Source: a virus
DNA length: 33,519 nt
Virus record (IMG/VR): IMGVR_UViG_3300045988_174234
Strand: one strand, 5' to 3'
The position numbers and the translations under genes were made by a program. Shown here one piece after another: positions 7,288 through 16,720 of the stretch. A model generated the notes under the pieces. The model made no database searches, had not been told where the DNA came from, and saw nothing but the letters and a program-made list of their open reading frames with translations. Every line of letters begins with the position of its first letter. Position 1 is the stretch's first letter.

Positions 7288-8046
7288 GTGAAATATATCG
7301 GCAGTAAAGCGAAATTTGCCGACGAAATCGTCGCAATATTGCAAGGCTACATATCCGAATACAAAATCAAACAATACGTCGAGCCGTTCGCGGGCGGTTT
7401 TAACGTTATTGACAAAGTGCAATGCGAATACCGACTCGGCAACGATATTGACCCGCTCGTTTACGATTTAATCGAAACTTGCCGTGATAATCCCGCGTTG
7501 CTTGACTCGTTGCATACGCCGACCCGCGAGGAATATTACGACGTACGCGACAACAAGGGAAATTATGCGGCGTGGTATCGTGCGGCGGTGCTTTTATTCG
7601 CCTCGTATAATTCCCGTGTTTACGGCGGTTGTTACGGCGCGACGGCGCAAACAAAAGACGGCAAAACGCGTAACTATTTCGAGGAAAGTAAACAAAACTT
7701 TCAACGTCAATTACCCGCGCTCCGAAATATCCTTGTCGGTAATGCCGATTATCGCGATTTACGTTTCCCTACGCGGGAGCGGGTTTTGATTTATTGCGAC
7801 CCGCCGTATTCAACGGGCGTCGGCTATGGCGGCGAAAAATTCGACACGGCGGAGTTTTGGGATTGGTGCAGACTTCAGACAGCCGCGGGGCATATTGTGA
7901 TTATCAGCGAATACACCGCTCCCGACGATTTCGTTTGTATTTGGGAACACAAAACAAAAACACACTTAAACAACCGCGCAAAAATTGACCGCACCGAAAA
8001 ATTATTCATACAAGGAGGCTTGAAATGCCGAAAATACACGATTTGA
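7288..8046 (+). CDS. DNA adenine methyltransferase, D12 (Dam) class
   Basis: GTG at 7288 lies 6 nt after acggagg. Contains KYIGSKAKFADEI, YVEPFAGGFNV (AdoMet motif) and IYCDPPY. Confidence 0.8.
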   Translation: MKYIGSKAKFADEIVAILQGYISEYKIKQYVEPFAGGFNVIDKVQCEYRLGNDIDPLVYDLIETCRDNPALLDSLHTPTREEYYDVRDNKGNYAAWYRAAVLLFASYNSRVYGGCYGATAQTKDGKTRNYFEESKQNFQRQLPALRNILVGNADYRDLRFPTRERVLIYCDPPYSTGVGYGGEKFDTAEFWDWCRLQTAAGHIVIISEYTAPDDFVCIWEHKTKTHLNNRAKIDRTEKLFIQGGLKCRKYTI

Positions 8047-8282
8047 AAATCTTACCCACCTATTTTGACGACGTCGCGAAAGGTCGAAAGACGTTTGAAC
8101 TCCGTTTTGACGACCGCGGTTATTTTGAGGGCGATTTGCTATTGCTCCGCGAATGGGAAAACGGCACATATACGGGGCGTCGCGTGGTGGTTAAAGTAAC
8201 GTACATTTTGAAAGGCTTTGACGGCTTAAAAGACGGTTGGGTTATTTTAAGTATCAAACGAGTTAAAGGAGGCTTGAAATGA
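8025..8282 (+). CDS. ASCH-like / DUF3850-type small protein
   Basis: HDLKILPTYFDDVAKGRKTFELRFDDRGYFEGDLLLLREW...YTGRRVVVKVTYI matches the DUF3850 pattern as I recall it. Confidence 0.6.
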   Translation: MPKIHDLKILPTYFDDVAKGRKTFELRFDDRGYFEGDLLLLREWENGTYTGRRVVVKVTYILKGFDGLKDGWVILSIKRVKGGLK

Positions 8283-8485
8283 AAAAGATAATTTCCGCGA
8301 TATACGTTATCGGTTGCTTATTATGCACCGTTTGCACTCCACTTTCGGCGATTTTTATTATTTGCAAATTATGCGCGGCGACGTCGCTTTCGTGGATTGC
8401 TTGTTGTATTCCGCTTTTAATCGCGTTAGCGGTTTTACCCTTGCTTATAATTACAAAAGCGATTATCAACGCGAGCGAAAAATAG
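8279..8485 (+). CDS. Small Cys-rich membrane protein
   Basis: 68-aa ORF with SD aaaggagg. Contains two hydrophobic helices. Confidence 0.5.
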   Translation: MKKIISAIYVIGCLLCTVCTPLSAIFIICKLCAATSLSWIACCIPLLIALAVLPLLIITKAIINASEK

Positions 8486-8494
8486 GAGGAAAAA

Positions 8495-9079
8495 ATGCCG
8501 AAACAAAACAAAAATAACGACATTTCGGGAGCGGTTACGGTAAAGCCGAAAAAATCGCCCCCGAAAAAGACAAAGAAAACCACTACAAAAACGCCCGAAA
8601 AGAAGAAACGCGGCGCGCCGTCGCAATACGCAAATAAGGTAAAACCTTATTTAGCCGATATTGAGCGTTATGTACGGTGCGGCGTAACCGAGGGCGATAT
8701 TTGCGAATATTACGGCGTCGGCAAAACACAATGGGCGCAATATAAGCGCGATAATCCCGAATTAACCGAAACACTATTACGCGCGAAGGAACAATGCAAA
8801 GAAGATTTGCTCGACAATGCGTATCGCGTCGCTATGGGCTACGAATACACCGAAGAAACAACGGAAGAAATAAAAAACCTTGACGGTACGGTTATCGGAC
8901 ACAAAACACGCCGATATAAACGCTATGCAAAGCCCGACGCGGGAATGTTGCAATTTTTGTTGATAAACCGCTACTCGTCGGAATTTGCCCGCGATCCGCA
9001 AGCAATCGAATTACGCAAAAAGGCGTTGGAACTTGCGGAACAAGGTAAAATGCCGCCCGACGGTTGGGAGGGTGTATAA
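8495..9079 (+). CDS. Terminase small-subunit-like DNA-binding protein
   Basis: Lys-rich N terminus and an HTH-like segment (GDICEYYGVGKTQWAQYKRDNPEL). Positioned upstream of the packaging genes. Confidence 0.5.
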   Translation: MPKQNKNNDISGAVTVKPKKSPPKKTKKTTTKTPEKKKRGAPSQYANKVKPYLADIERYVRCGVTEGDICEYYGVGKTQWAQYKRDNPELTETLLRAKEQCKEDLLDNAYRVAMGYEYTEETTEEIKNLDGTVIGHKTRRYKRYAKPDAGMLQFLLINRYSSEFARDPQAIELRKKALELAEQGKMPPDGWEGV

Positions 9080-9080
9080 A

Positions 9081-9767
9081 ATGCCGCTCGACCCTATACA
9101 CGCGTTTTATTGCCGTAAAGACTACTTGTCGCTCGCGCAGTCTTGCAAGGTTAAAAGCGGCGGTATTTGCGCCCGTTGCGGCGGCGTATTCGATTTGAAC
9201 GAACTACGACCGCACCATAAAATCGAATTGACGCTCGACAATATCGACGATACAAATATCACGCTTAACCCCGATAATATCGAAGTGCTTTGCCACGCTT
9301 GCCACAACGCAGTACACTCGCGTTTCGGTAATGCTATCGGCGCAAAGCGCGTTTACCTTGTGTACGGATCGCCGTATGCGGGCAAGACAACTTACGTTGC
9401 GTTGGTTGCAACGCGTAACGATATTGTCGTTGACCTTGAACGCATACACGCCGCGATATGTGTATGCGGACAATACGACAAACCCGACGCAACAAAACGC
9501 ATTGCGTTTAATATCCGCGATTACCTACTCGACGAAATACGGACGGCGACACCGCGCCGCAAATGGCAAGACGCTTACATTATCGGCAGTTATCCCGACC
9601 GTATCGACCGCGATAATTTCGTCCGCGAATACAACGCCGAACTCGTACACATAGACACGCCGCAAGACGCTTGCGTTAAGCGTGCGTACGAAGATATAAA
9701 GCGGGTAGCGGCACGCGACGCCGTCGTCGGTTGGATTGCCGATTATTGGCGACGTTACAACGAATAG
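9081..9767 (+). CDS. HNH endonuclease fused to a P-loop NTPase/kinase-like domain
   Basis: ATG at 9081. Contains CARCGG...HHKIEL...NIEVLCHACHNAVH (HNH) followed by VYLVYGSPYAGKTTYV (Walker A). Confidence 0.7.
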   Translation: MPLDPIHAFYCRKDYLSLAQSCKVKSGGICARCGGVFDLNELRPHHKIELTLDNIDDTNITLNPDNIEVLCHACHNAVHSRFGNAIGAKRVYLVYGSPYAGKTTYVALVATRNDIVVDLERIHAAICVCGQYDKPDATKRIAFNIRDYLLDEIRTATPRRKWQDAYIIGSYPDRIDRDNFVREYNAELVHIDTPQDACVKRAYEDIKRVAARDAVVGWIADYWRRYNE

Positions 9768-9903
9768 AAAATATTTTTTGATCCCCCCTATGCCCTCGCG
9801 ATTTCGGAAACGCTAAAAGACTCCCAGCCGCGGGCATTTAGCACACACACCGAGTTTTTGACTTTTTCTCGAAAAAGTTTTGAAAAGATAAACGGAGGAC
9901 GCA

Positions 9904-10242
9904 ATGAAAAGCGACCAAAACAAAAAAGAAACAATCGCAAATGCGGAATATGACCGACTCGTCAAACTTTTTACCGACGCGGGCGTTGATAACGTCAAAG
10001 TCGAAATTTATTCCGAACTTATCCGCAAGGTGGCGGAGGTTTTTGCTTGTCTTGAAGTGATAAAAGATTTGCCGTCGATTTTGTACGACAAAAACAATCC
10101 CGCCGTACAGCGCGAAACGGCGGCGGGAAAAATGCGAGTCAAGTATATGGCGCAATATACGTCGGCTATGCAAAAGTTAAACAAAGATTTGCTCGGCGGG
10201 CTAAATGGCGACGACGGCGACGATTTGTCCGATTACGAATAA
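9904..10242 (+). CDS. P27-family-like terminase small subunit
   Basis: 112-aa ORF lying between HNH and TerL, as in HK97-like HNH/cos modules. The helical sequence resembles Terminase_4 members (from recollection). Confidence 0.45.
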   Translation: MKSDQNKKETIANAEYDRLVKLFTDAGVDNVKVEIYSELIRKVAEVFACLEVIKDLPSILYDKNNPAVQRETAAGKMRVKYMAQYTSAMQKLNKDLLGGLNGDDGDDLSDYE

Positions 10243-12079
10243 TCTTTCGGCGGCGGACAATTTCGCCGAGTGGACGCTTGCAAACCCCGATATTGCGCCT
10301 ATCGAAGGTTGGCAATGTTTGCGCGACGATATAGACGGCAAACATAGTTTTTTGATTGAGTATTACAAGCGTTGTCGGTCGGGCGAAATCATAATCGGAC
10401 GCGAACTCAAAACGACGCTTGAAAGTTTAATACAAGATATTTTCTACCGTTCCGACGTTTACCGTTTTACGTTGGACGCGGCTCATAAACGGATAAACTT
10501 TATCGAAAAGGAAGTCAAACACTTTGAAAGCCCGTTTGCGGGCAAACCGTTTATTTTGACGCTATGTCAAAAAGCGATTGCCGAGGCGATATTCGGGTTT
10601 TACATATTCGATACGGAACTATTGGGCGGCGGTCGTTGGGTACGACGTTTCAAAGAGGTGTTGCTTTTGATAGCGCGTAAAAACGGCAAAACCCCATTTA
10701 CGGCGGCATTGACTCTTGCCGAATGGTTTTGCGGCGAGGCGGGTCAAAAAGTAATGTGCGCGTCGAACGACTACGATCAAGCGGGTTTAATCTTTGATTG
10801 TATAAACGCGTTTCGCGAAGAGTCGCACGCCGTATCGCGGGTTACGCGAAAGAATATCAAAGGTATATTTTTCGGTAATCCGAAACAGCGCAAAAAGACG
10901 GGCAAGTTTTCGGCGCAAAATAAAGGCGCAATCAAAAAAATGTCGGCAAAATCGGGTGCAAAGGAAGGTCGAAACCTAAAAATCGTTATCGTTGACGAAG
11001 TCCACGAAATGAAAGACGGGTCAACCATTATGCCCCTCCGCTCGTCGCTTACCACGCAAGACGAGCCGTTGTTTTTTGAAATCACAACTGAAGGTATCGT
11101 TCGCGACGGATACCTCGACGAAAGATTGATTGACGCCCGCAAAGTGCTTAAAGGCGAAGAGGACGCGCCTCGTTGGCTTATATGGCTTTACACGCAAGAC
11201 AGCGAGGCGGAAGTTTGGAACGACGAGAACAGTTGGCAAAAATCAAATCCGATGATCGGTGTCGTAAAGAAGAAATCAGATTTACGCGACCTTGTCGATA
11301 AAGCACGCAAAAGCGGCGCGCAACGCGCTTTCACGTTGGCGAAAGAGTTTAATATCAAACAACTTTCGTCGAACGCGTGGCTCGAAGAAAAATATATCGT
11401 TTGCGACGCAACGTTTGATTTATCCGACTTTCAAAATTGTTGGTGTATCGGTGGCGTTGACCTTGCGGAAACAAACGATCTTTGCGCTTGTACCCTTTTG
11501 TTTATGCGACCGAATGACCCCGTAAAATACTTGCACACAATGTACTTTGTTACCGAGGTAAAAGCGGGCGACGGACAATCGACCGACAGTCCGACAAATC
11601 CCGAAAAAAAAGATTATCGACAATGGGCATCGGAAGGCTTATGTCGGATTGTTTCCGATAACGTTATTGACGACGTCGTCGTCGCCGAGTATCTTTGGGA
11701 AATCTACCAAAAGTACGGCATACGACCGTACGTCGTCGGTTACGACGAATGGCACGCAAAAGAATTTGCAAAAACTACGGCAAAACACTTCGGCTCAAAC
11801 GTTCCCGTCAAAATCCGAATGACGCCCGAAACGCTTAACGTTCCGACGCGCAACGTCGAAGAAGATTTGCGGGCGCGGCTTATAAACTACCAAAACAACG
11901 CAATTTGCCGTTGGAACTTCCGAAACGCCGCAATCAAATACGACAATCGCGGTTTTGTAATGCCGACAAAGATTGTCGGATATATCGGAAACAAAATCGA
12001 CGGCACAATGTCAAAAGTTATAGCGTACGCCGCGTTGCGGACGTGTAAAACCGCCTTTATGGCAAAAATCGGAGGTTGA
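10205..12079 (+). CDS. terL: Terminase large subunit
   Basis: 624 aa. Walker A-like LLIARKNGKT, Walker B IVIVDEVHEM, and a C-terminal nuclease region GGVDLAETNDL. Confidence 0.9.
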   Translation: MATTATICPITNNLSAADNFAEWTLANPDIAPIEGWQCLRDDIDGKHSFLIEYYKRCRSGEIIIGRELKTTLESLIQDIFYRSDVYRFTLDAAHKRINFIEKEVKHFESPFAGKPFILTLCQKAIAEAIFGFYIFDTELLGGGRWVRRFKEVLLLIARKNGKTPFTAALTLAEWFCGEAGQKVMCASNDYDQAGLIFDCINAFREESHAVSRVTRKNIKGIFFGNPKQRKKTGKFSAQNKGAIKKMSAKSGAKEGRNLKIVIVDEVHEMKDGSTIMPLRSSLTTQDEPLFFEITTEGIVRDGYLDERLIDARKVLKGEEDAPRWLIWLYTQDSEAEVWNDENSWQKSNPMIGVVKKKSDLRDLVDKARKSGAQRAFTLAKEFNIKQLSSNAWLEEKYIVCDATFDLSDFQNCWCIGGVDLAETNDLCACTLLFMRPNDPVKYLHTMYFVTEVKAGDGQSTDSPTNPEKKDYRQWASEGLCRIVSDNVIDDVVVAEYLWEIYQKYGIRPYVVGYDEWHAKEFAKTTAKHFGSNVPVKIRMTPETLNVPTRNVEEDLRARLINYQNNAICRWNFRNAAIKYDNRGFVMPTKIVGYIGNKIDGTMSKVIAYAALRTCKTAFMAKIGG

Positions 12080-12081
12080 TA

Positions 12082-12285
12082 ATGGACGATAAAAAAAACA
12101 CTCAAAAGCAAAACCCCGTCTTTATGCGCGAAGTCCGTTGCCCCGTACATAACCTTTTAATCGGTCGTTACGACGCCCGCGACGGTTTAATCAACGCGAC
12201 GTTTTATTGCCCGAAATGCGGGCGCGAGTACACTTTCACGATAAAACGCGAGCGAAATTTCGCTACATATCGCAAAAAGTCTTGA
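12082..12285 (+). CDS. Small zinc-ribbon protein (Com-like)
   Basis: ATG at 12082 lies 6 nt after ggagg. Contains VRCPVHNLLIGRY...FYCPKCGREY. Confidence 0.45.
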   Translation: MDDKKNTQKQNPVFMREVRCPVHNLLIGRYDARDGLINATFYCPKCGREYTFTIKRERNFATYRKKS

Positions 12286-12310
12286 CTTCGTACCGAGAAT
12301 TGAGTAAAAT
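12282..12310 (+). promoter_or_regulatory. Near-consensus promoter upstream of the portal gene
   Basis: TTGACT-tcgtaccgagaattgag(17)-TAAAAT. A cgccgc/gcggcg hairpin follows at 12334-12350. Confidence 0.5.
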
Positions 12311-12392
12311 AGAAGTAACTAAATAGGCATATCCGCCGCTTTTCGCGGCGCGTACCCTAACTTTTTTATTTCGTCAAAGGAGGCGGCGGACG

Positions 12393-13667
12393 TTGGGAAC
12401 GCTTAAAAACGCAATACAAAGTTTGCTCGGTTGGGATCGAGAAAGCAATTATAACCGCATAATCATCGCAAATTCCGTTGTGTTTTCCTCTTTCGGGAAA
12501 GATATTACGGCGTCGGATATAGTCAAAACGGCAGTCCACCGCGTCGCCGAGGAAGTATCGAAATGCAACTTGAAATCGGTAACCGAGGCACAAAACCCGC
12601 GTCGTATCATTGTTGCCGACGACGATATAAACGCGGTGTTTGCGGGGCGCGTAAACCCGCTTTGCGGGCTTAAAGATTTTTTGTACAAAGTTGCATACAT
12701 TACGCTCTTAAACCGAAATTGTTTTATCTATTGGGCGTATGACGAAGTACAAATCGAGGGGCGCGACACCGTACGCCGCGTAACACGCGGCTTTTACCCT
12801 ATCGAAACCGCGTCAATCAAGTTGTATTACGCCGACGGCGAAATGCGCGCGGAATTGACGGGCAAAAACGGTATCGTGCTTGATTTGCCGTATAGCGACT
12901 TGATACACATTAGACTCGGCTACGGCGCAAATCAATATCTCGGCGGCGACGCAAACGGGCGCGCGGACTTTCGCGCAATGCTCGGCAACTTGCAAACGTT
13001 AAGCGTAATAAAAGAGTCAATACCGAAAGCGTTAGAGTCGTCTTTATCGCTTAAAGGCATTTTGTCAATGAAAACGGTTGCCGACGCGGACAAACGCACC
13101 ATAACCCGCGAGGAATTTGAAAAACACCTTTTCGACAGCAAATACGGCATTGTTGCAACCGACTACGAGTCGGAATTTCAGCCGATAAACATTTCGGCGA
13201 CGGATATACCGTCGAACACGTTATCGTTTATACGCGACGAAATATTGTCGTTTTTCGGCGTTTCGTTGCCGATATATCTCGGCAAATACACCGACGACGA
13301 ATACACCGCGTTTTATCAAACGGCGGTCGAAGGCTTGTTGTTGCAAATTGCCGAGGCTTTCAAGATAACGTTGTTTACCCCGCGTCAACTTGCATACGGA
13401 CGCACGATAAAGTATTACGACAAAATCGTACAATCGTTATCGTTTGCTCGCCGTCAAGAAATTGCGGAAATGACCAAAGACGACGCGTTGTTATCACGCG
13501 ACGAACGCCGCGAGTTGTTGGGCTATGACCCCGACGGCGAACCGACGCGCGTTTCGCTTAACTATATCGACGTATCAATCGCAAATCAATATCAATTAAC
13601 GTCTTTGTCGCAAGGCAAAAAACCGACGGCAAAGCCGAACGACTCAAACAAGGAGGACAAAGAATAA
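12393..13667 (+). CDS. Portal protein (HK97 family-like)
   Basis: 424-aa ORF. TTG start lies 9 nt after aaaggagg. Positioned between TerL and the prohead protease. Confidence 0.8.
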   Translation: MGTLKNAIQSLLGWDRESNYNRIIIANSVVFSSFGKDITASDIVKTAVHRVAEEVSKCNLKSVTEAQNPRRIIVADDDINAVFAGRVNPLCGLKDFLYKVAYITLLNRNCFIYWAYDEVQIEGRDTVRRVTRGFYPIETASIKLYYADGEMRAELTGKNGIVLDLPYSDLIHIRLGYGANQYLGGDANGRADFRAMLGNLQTLSVIKESIPKALESSLSLKGILSMKTVADADKRTITREEFEKHLFDSKYGIVATDYESEFQPINISATDIPSNTLSFIRDEILSFFGVSLPIYLGKYTDDEYTAFYQTAVEGLLLQIAEAFKITLFTPRQLAYGRTIKYYDKIVQSLSFARRQEIAEMTKDDALLSRDERRELLGYDPDGEPTRVSLNYIDVSIANQYQLTSLSQGKKPTAKPNDSNKEDKE

Positions 13668-14362
13668 TGCCCGAAATACCTAAAATCGACAAAGGTTTGA
13701 TTATTCGCCGTTTTGCTCGTGATATGCAATCCCCGACGGTCGAACCGACAAAAGGAATTATCGAAGGTTACCCTATCGTTTTTAACGAGCGTACGGCAAT
13801 CGGCGATTACTTTTTCGAGGAAATCGACCCGCACGCGCTCGACGAGGCGGATTTATCGGACGTCAAATTTATGGTAAACCACAATGACGGTATGATACCG
13901 CTTGCGCGGCATAGACGCGGCAAACGTTCGACAATGGATATTGCAATCGACGAACGCGGTATGCACATACAAACGACGCTTGACGTTGAAAACAACTCCA
14001 CCGCCCGCGAACTTTGCTCGGCGGTACAGCGCGGCGATATTGAAGATATGTCGTTTGCGTTCGGGATAATGGTATCGGGCGAAGATTGGCGCGACCTTGA
14101 CAAGGATATGCCGACTCGCCGCATAACAAAAATATCAAAGGTTTGCGAGGTATCAGCCGTAAACGACGGCGCGTATCCGCAAACTTCGATAAATGCTCGC
14201 TCCCTCGCCTCGTTGGATAACGACAAAATCGCGTTGGATAACGCGAAGGCGGCGGCGTTGGATAATGAACAAAGGCGACGCGACGCCGACTCGCAAGCGG
14301 CGTTTAATCTTGCGAAAGAAAAATTTTTATTCTTGGAGGCAAGAAAACATTATGACCATTAA
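13667..14362 (+). CDS. Prohead protease (HK97 / S78-like)
   Basis: EGYPIVFNERT...FMVNHNDGMIPLAR...DMSFAFGI pattern. Positioned between portal and capsid genes. Confidence 0.8.
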   Translation: MPEIPKIDKGLIIRRFARDMQSPTVEPTKGIIEGYPIVFNERTAIGDYFFEEIDPHALDEADLSDVKFMVNHNDGMIPLARHRRGKRSTMDIAIDERGMHIQTTLDVENNSTARELCSAVQRGDIEDMSFAFGIMVSGEDWRDLDKDMPTRRITKISKVCEVSAVNDGAYPQTSINARSLASLDNDKIALDNAKAAALDNEQRRRDADSQAAFNLAKEKFLFLEARKHYDH

Positions 14363-15569
14363 AGAACTTATCGAAAGACGCGCCGCACTTTTGGCGGAAC
14401 TCGCAAAACCCGAAACCACCGCGGAACGTTTCGCGGAAATTCGCTCCGAAGTCGAAAAACTCGACTACACTATCGAACGCGCAAAGAAAGACGCCGACGA
14501 CGCAAAACGCGAAGAAGAACTCCGCGCGGCTCGTAAGCCTAACGGCGGCGCACCCGCCCCCGCAAACGGCGTTGTATTCAAATCGGGCAATCCTACGGAA
14601 GAAGAAAGACGCGCCGCGGAAAAAGAAGAAATCGAAAAGCGCGCAAACGCCCTTAAAGCGGGCAATAAAGCGACGTTTGAACTCCGCGCCGTTTCCACTA
14701 CAAAAGTAGCAATGACCGACCTTGCAAGCGGCGAAATCAACCCCGCGTTTGAACAAGTCGGAACGCTCGACAAACTCGTTAAAATCGTACCGTTGCAAGG
14801 CGCGGGAGCGGAAAGTTACAAAGCCCCGTTCCTTAAAACGATCGGCGAAGGCGGCATAACCGCGGAAGGTGCGGCTTACACCACCGCCGAACCGACCTTT
14901 GATTACGCAACGATCAACAAAATCAAGATCACCGCATACGCCGAGGTCAACGAAGAAGTCGAAAAATTGCCGCCCGCACGCTATACCGCCGAAGTCGAAA
15001 AAGCAATCGAGGGCGCGTGGCGCAAGAAACTTATTTCGCAAATCCTTAACGGTAGCGGCAACGCCGAACTCGTCGGCATTATCAACGCCCCGACAACTAT
15101 TATCGACGCGGATCAGCGCAAGACTATTGCGACTATCGACGAAAATACGCTCGATAATATTATTTTCGACTACGGCGGCGACGAGGACGTCGAGGGCGAC
15201 GCAACGTTGATACTCAACAAGTTGACGCTCAAAGAATTTGCAAAAGTCAAAGGCTCGGACAAAAAGCGCGCTTACGAAATCGTCGTCCGCGGAAATTCGG
15301 GAACGATCAACGGTATTCCGTTTGTATGCACGAGCAAACTCGCGGCGTTCGCAAACGTAACCGCGGACGATCCGTATATGCTTTACGGCAAACTTAAAGC
15401 ATACGAACTCGCGTACTTTACCGACCTTGACGTCGAGAAATCCACCGACTACAAATTCAAAGAAGGCGTAATCGCTTTCAAAGTATGCGGTTTTGTCGGC
15501 GGCTCTCCCGCCGTGTACAACGGCTTTATGTCCGTACAAAAAGCCGCAAAAACTAACGTCGACGGTTAA
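14352..15569 (+). CDS. Major capsid protein (HK97 fold) with N-terminal delta/scaffold-like coiled coil
   Basis: ATG at 14352 (MTIKELIERRAALLAEL...). Charged helical N terminus followed by a capsid-like body. Overlaps the protease stop codon. Confidence 0.85.
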   Translation: MTIKELIERRAALLAELAKPETTAERFAEIRSEVEKLDYTIERAKKDADDAKREEELRAARKPNGGAPAPANGVVFKSGNPTEEERRAAEKEEIEKRANALKAGNKATFELRAVSTTKVAMTDLASGEINPAFEQVGTLDKLVKIVPLQGAGAESYKAPFLKTIGEGGITAEGAAYTTAEPTFDYATINKIKITAYAEVNEEVEKLPPARYTAEVEKAIEGAWRKKLISQILNGSGNAELVGIINAPTTIIDADQRKTIATIDENTLDNIIFDYGGDEDVEGDATLILNKLTLKEFAKVKGSDKKRAYEIVVRGNSGTINGIPFVCTSKLAAFANVTADDPYMLYGKLKAYELAYFTDLDVEKSTDYKFKEGVIAFKVCGFVGGSPAVYNGFMSVQKAAKTNVDG

Positions 15570-15640
15570 AATTCGCTTGATTTTTCGTGCGGGTCGGGCG
15601 CATAGCCGATACGCAACGGTAAACGTTTAGGAGGTCAACA

Positions 15641-15898
15641 ATGCAAGAAGTTGATAAAATTCTCTATAAAATGGGCTACTATGACGCAGACCCGCACAAA
15701 AAACAAGAAGTGCAAGACTCTATCGACGCGGCGGAGGAATTTATGCGCGCAAGCGGTGTTCCCGCGGAACTTATAACAAGCAAACGCGCGTATGCCGTCA
15801 AGGCTATTTACGCCGACGCAGTCGATAAAGGCACGCCCGACGAAATCGTAAAAAAAGACGGTATGATCGTTGCGTTGATTTCGCAAATGCGGAGGTAG
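15641..15898 (+). CDS. Head-tail connector (gp6-like)
   Basis: 85-aa ORF directly after the capsid gene. SD aggagg. Confidence 0.55.
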   Translation: MQEVDKILYKMGYYDADPHKKQEVQDSIDAAEEFMRASGVPAELITSKRAYAVKAIYADAVDKGTPDEIVKKDGMIVALISQMRR

Positions 15899-15899
15899 T

Positions 15900-16307
15900 A
15901 TGGCGCAAACGGTAAAAGAAAAAAGAACTCTTGTACGTTTTGCCGTACAAAAGACGCGATACGTTGCGGGCAACGGCGCGGCGACGGAATGGGAAACAAT
16001 CAAAGTAAATATCGGAACGACCGACGACGGCAAGCCGATAACGACCGATTGTTTTTACGTCGAATGGCTTTCGTCCTACGGGGCGGCGGCTATACAACAA
16101 CAGTCCGACGGCGTTATCCGCCCCGCCCGCGTGCGTATGCCGTACGTCAAAGCCGTTTACGACGCCTTGATAACAAAAGACGTCCGCATATACCTTAACG
16201 GCGTTATCGACGACGCGCACGCTTTCAAACTCGCGGCGGCGGCGGACAATTACCTTCAGCAAAACAAAATGCTCGAATTTCAAGTCAAAAAATACGAGGT
16301 TAGATAA
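15900..16307 (+). CDS. Head closure / head-tail joining protein
   Basis: 135 aa. Call rests on synteny and size. Confidence 0.5.
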   Translation: MAQTVKEKRTLVRFAVQKTRYVAGNGAATEWETIKVNIGTTDDGKPITTDCFYVEWLSSYGAAAIQQQSDGVIRPARVRMPYVKAVYDALITKDVRIYLNGVIDDAHAFKLAAAADNYLQQNKMLEFQVKKYEVR

Positions 16308-16720
16308 TGGACGTTAGGACGGTTATACAAAAAATCCTTGACGATACACTACTCCCCTACGGCGTATTGTCAAACCACTTGCGAAGAGTGGACGCGGATT
16401 ATATCGAAAATTCCGACGTGGCAGTCAATAAGGACGAGTACGTTGTTTTTCGTGTTGTAAGCAACCGCCCGCACACTTTCGGCGACGGTGCTTGTACGCT
16501 TTCCCGCGTGTATATCGACGTCAATTACTACTACTCGTACGAAAAGACCGACCCGCGCTATACGGACGCGCAAGCACGCTTGCAAGCGGTCAAAAACGCG
16601 GTTTTGAGTAACAAACGCTTTCGACTTGCAAATGACGCAAGCGATATTGCCGATATAGACAATCCGTATCGAGGACTTAACGTCGAGTTTGTTTATTTTG
16701 AGGTGGCGGACAATGGCTAA
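16307..16720 (+). CDS. Hypothetical neck/tail-completion protein
   Basis: 137-aa ORF with translationally coupled starts (ataATGg). Call rests on synteny. Confidence 0.5.
   Translation: MDVRTVIQKILDDTLLPYGVLSNHLRRVDADYIENSDVAVNKDEYVVFRVVSNRPHTFGDGACTLSRVYIDVNYYYSYEKTDPRYTDAQARLQAVKNAVLSNKRFRLANDASDIADIDNPYRGLNVEFVYFEVADNG

Noticed and set aside
9862-9877. Palindrome ctttttc-tc-gaaaaag in the HNH/terS intergenic gap, considered as a cos or terminase-binding site
   Set aside because: It is only a 7-bp AT-rich arm pair. The sequence gives no evidence for genome termini here. Read-terminus data would be needed.
14304-15539. 411-aa ORF on the minus strand
   Set aside because: It lies entirely antisense to the well-supported major capsid gene. 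It has no SD, and its composition is Phe/Arg/Val-rich junk typical of the reverse frame of a GC-third-position-biased gene.
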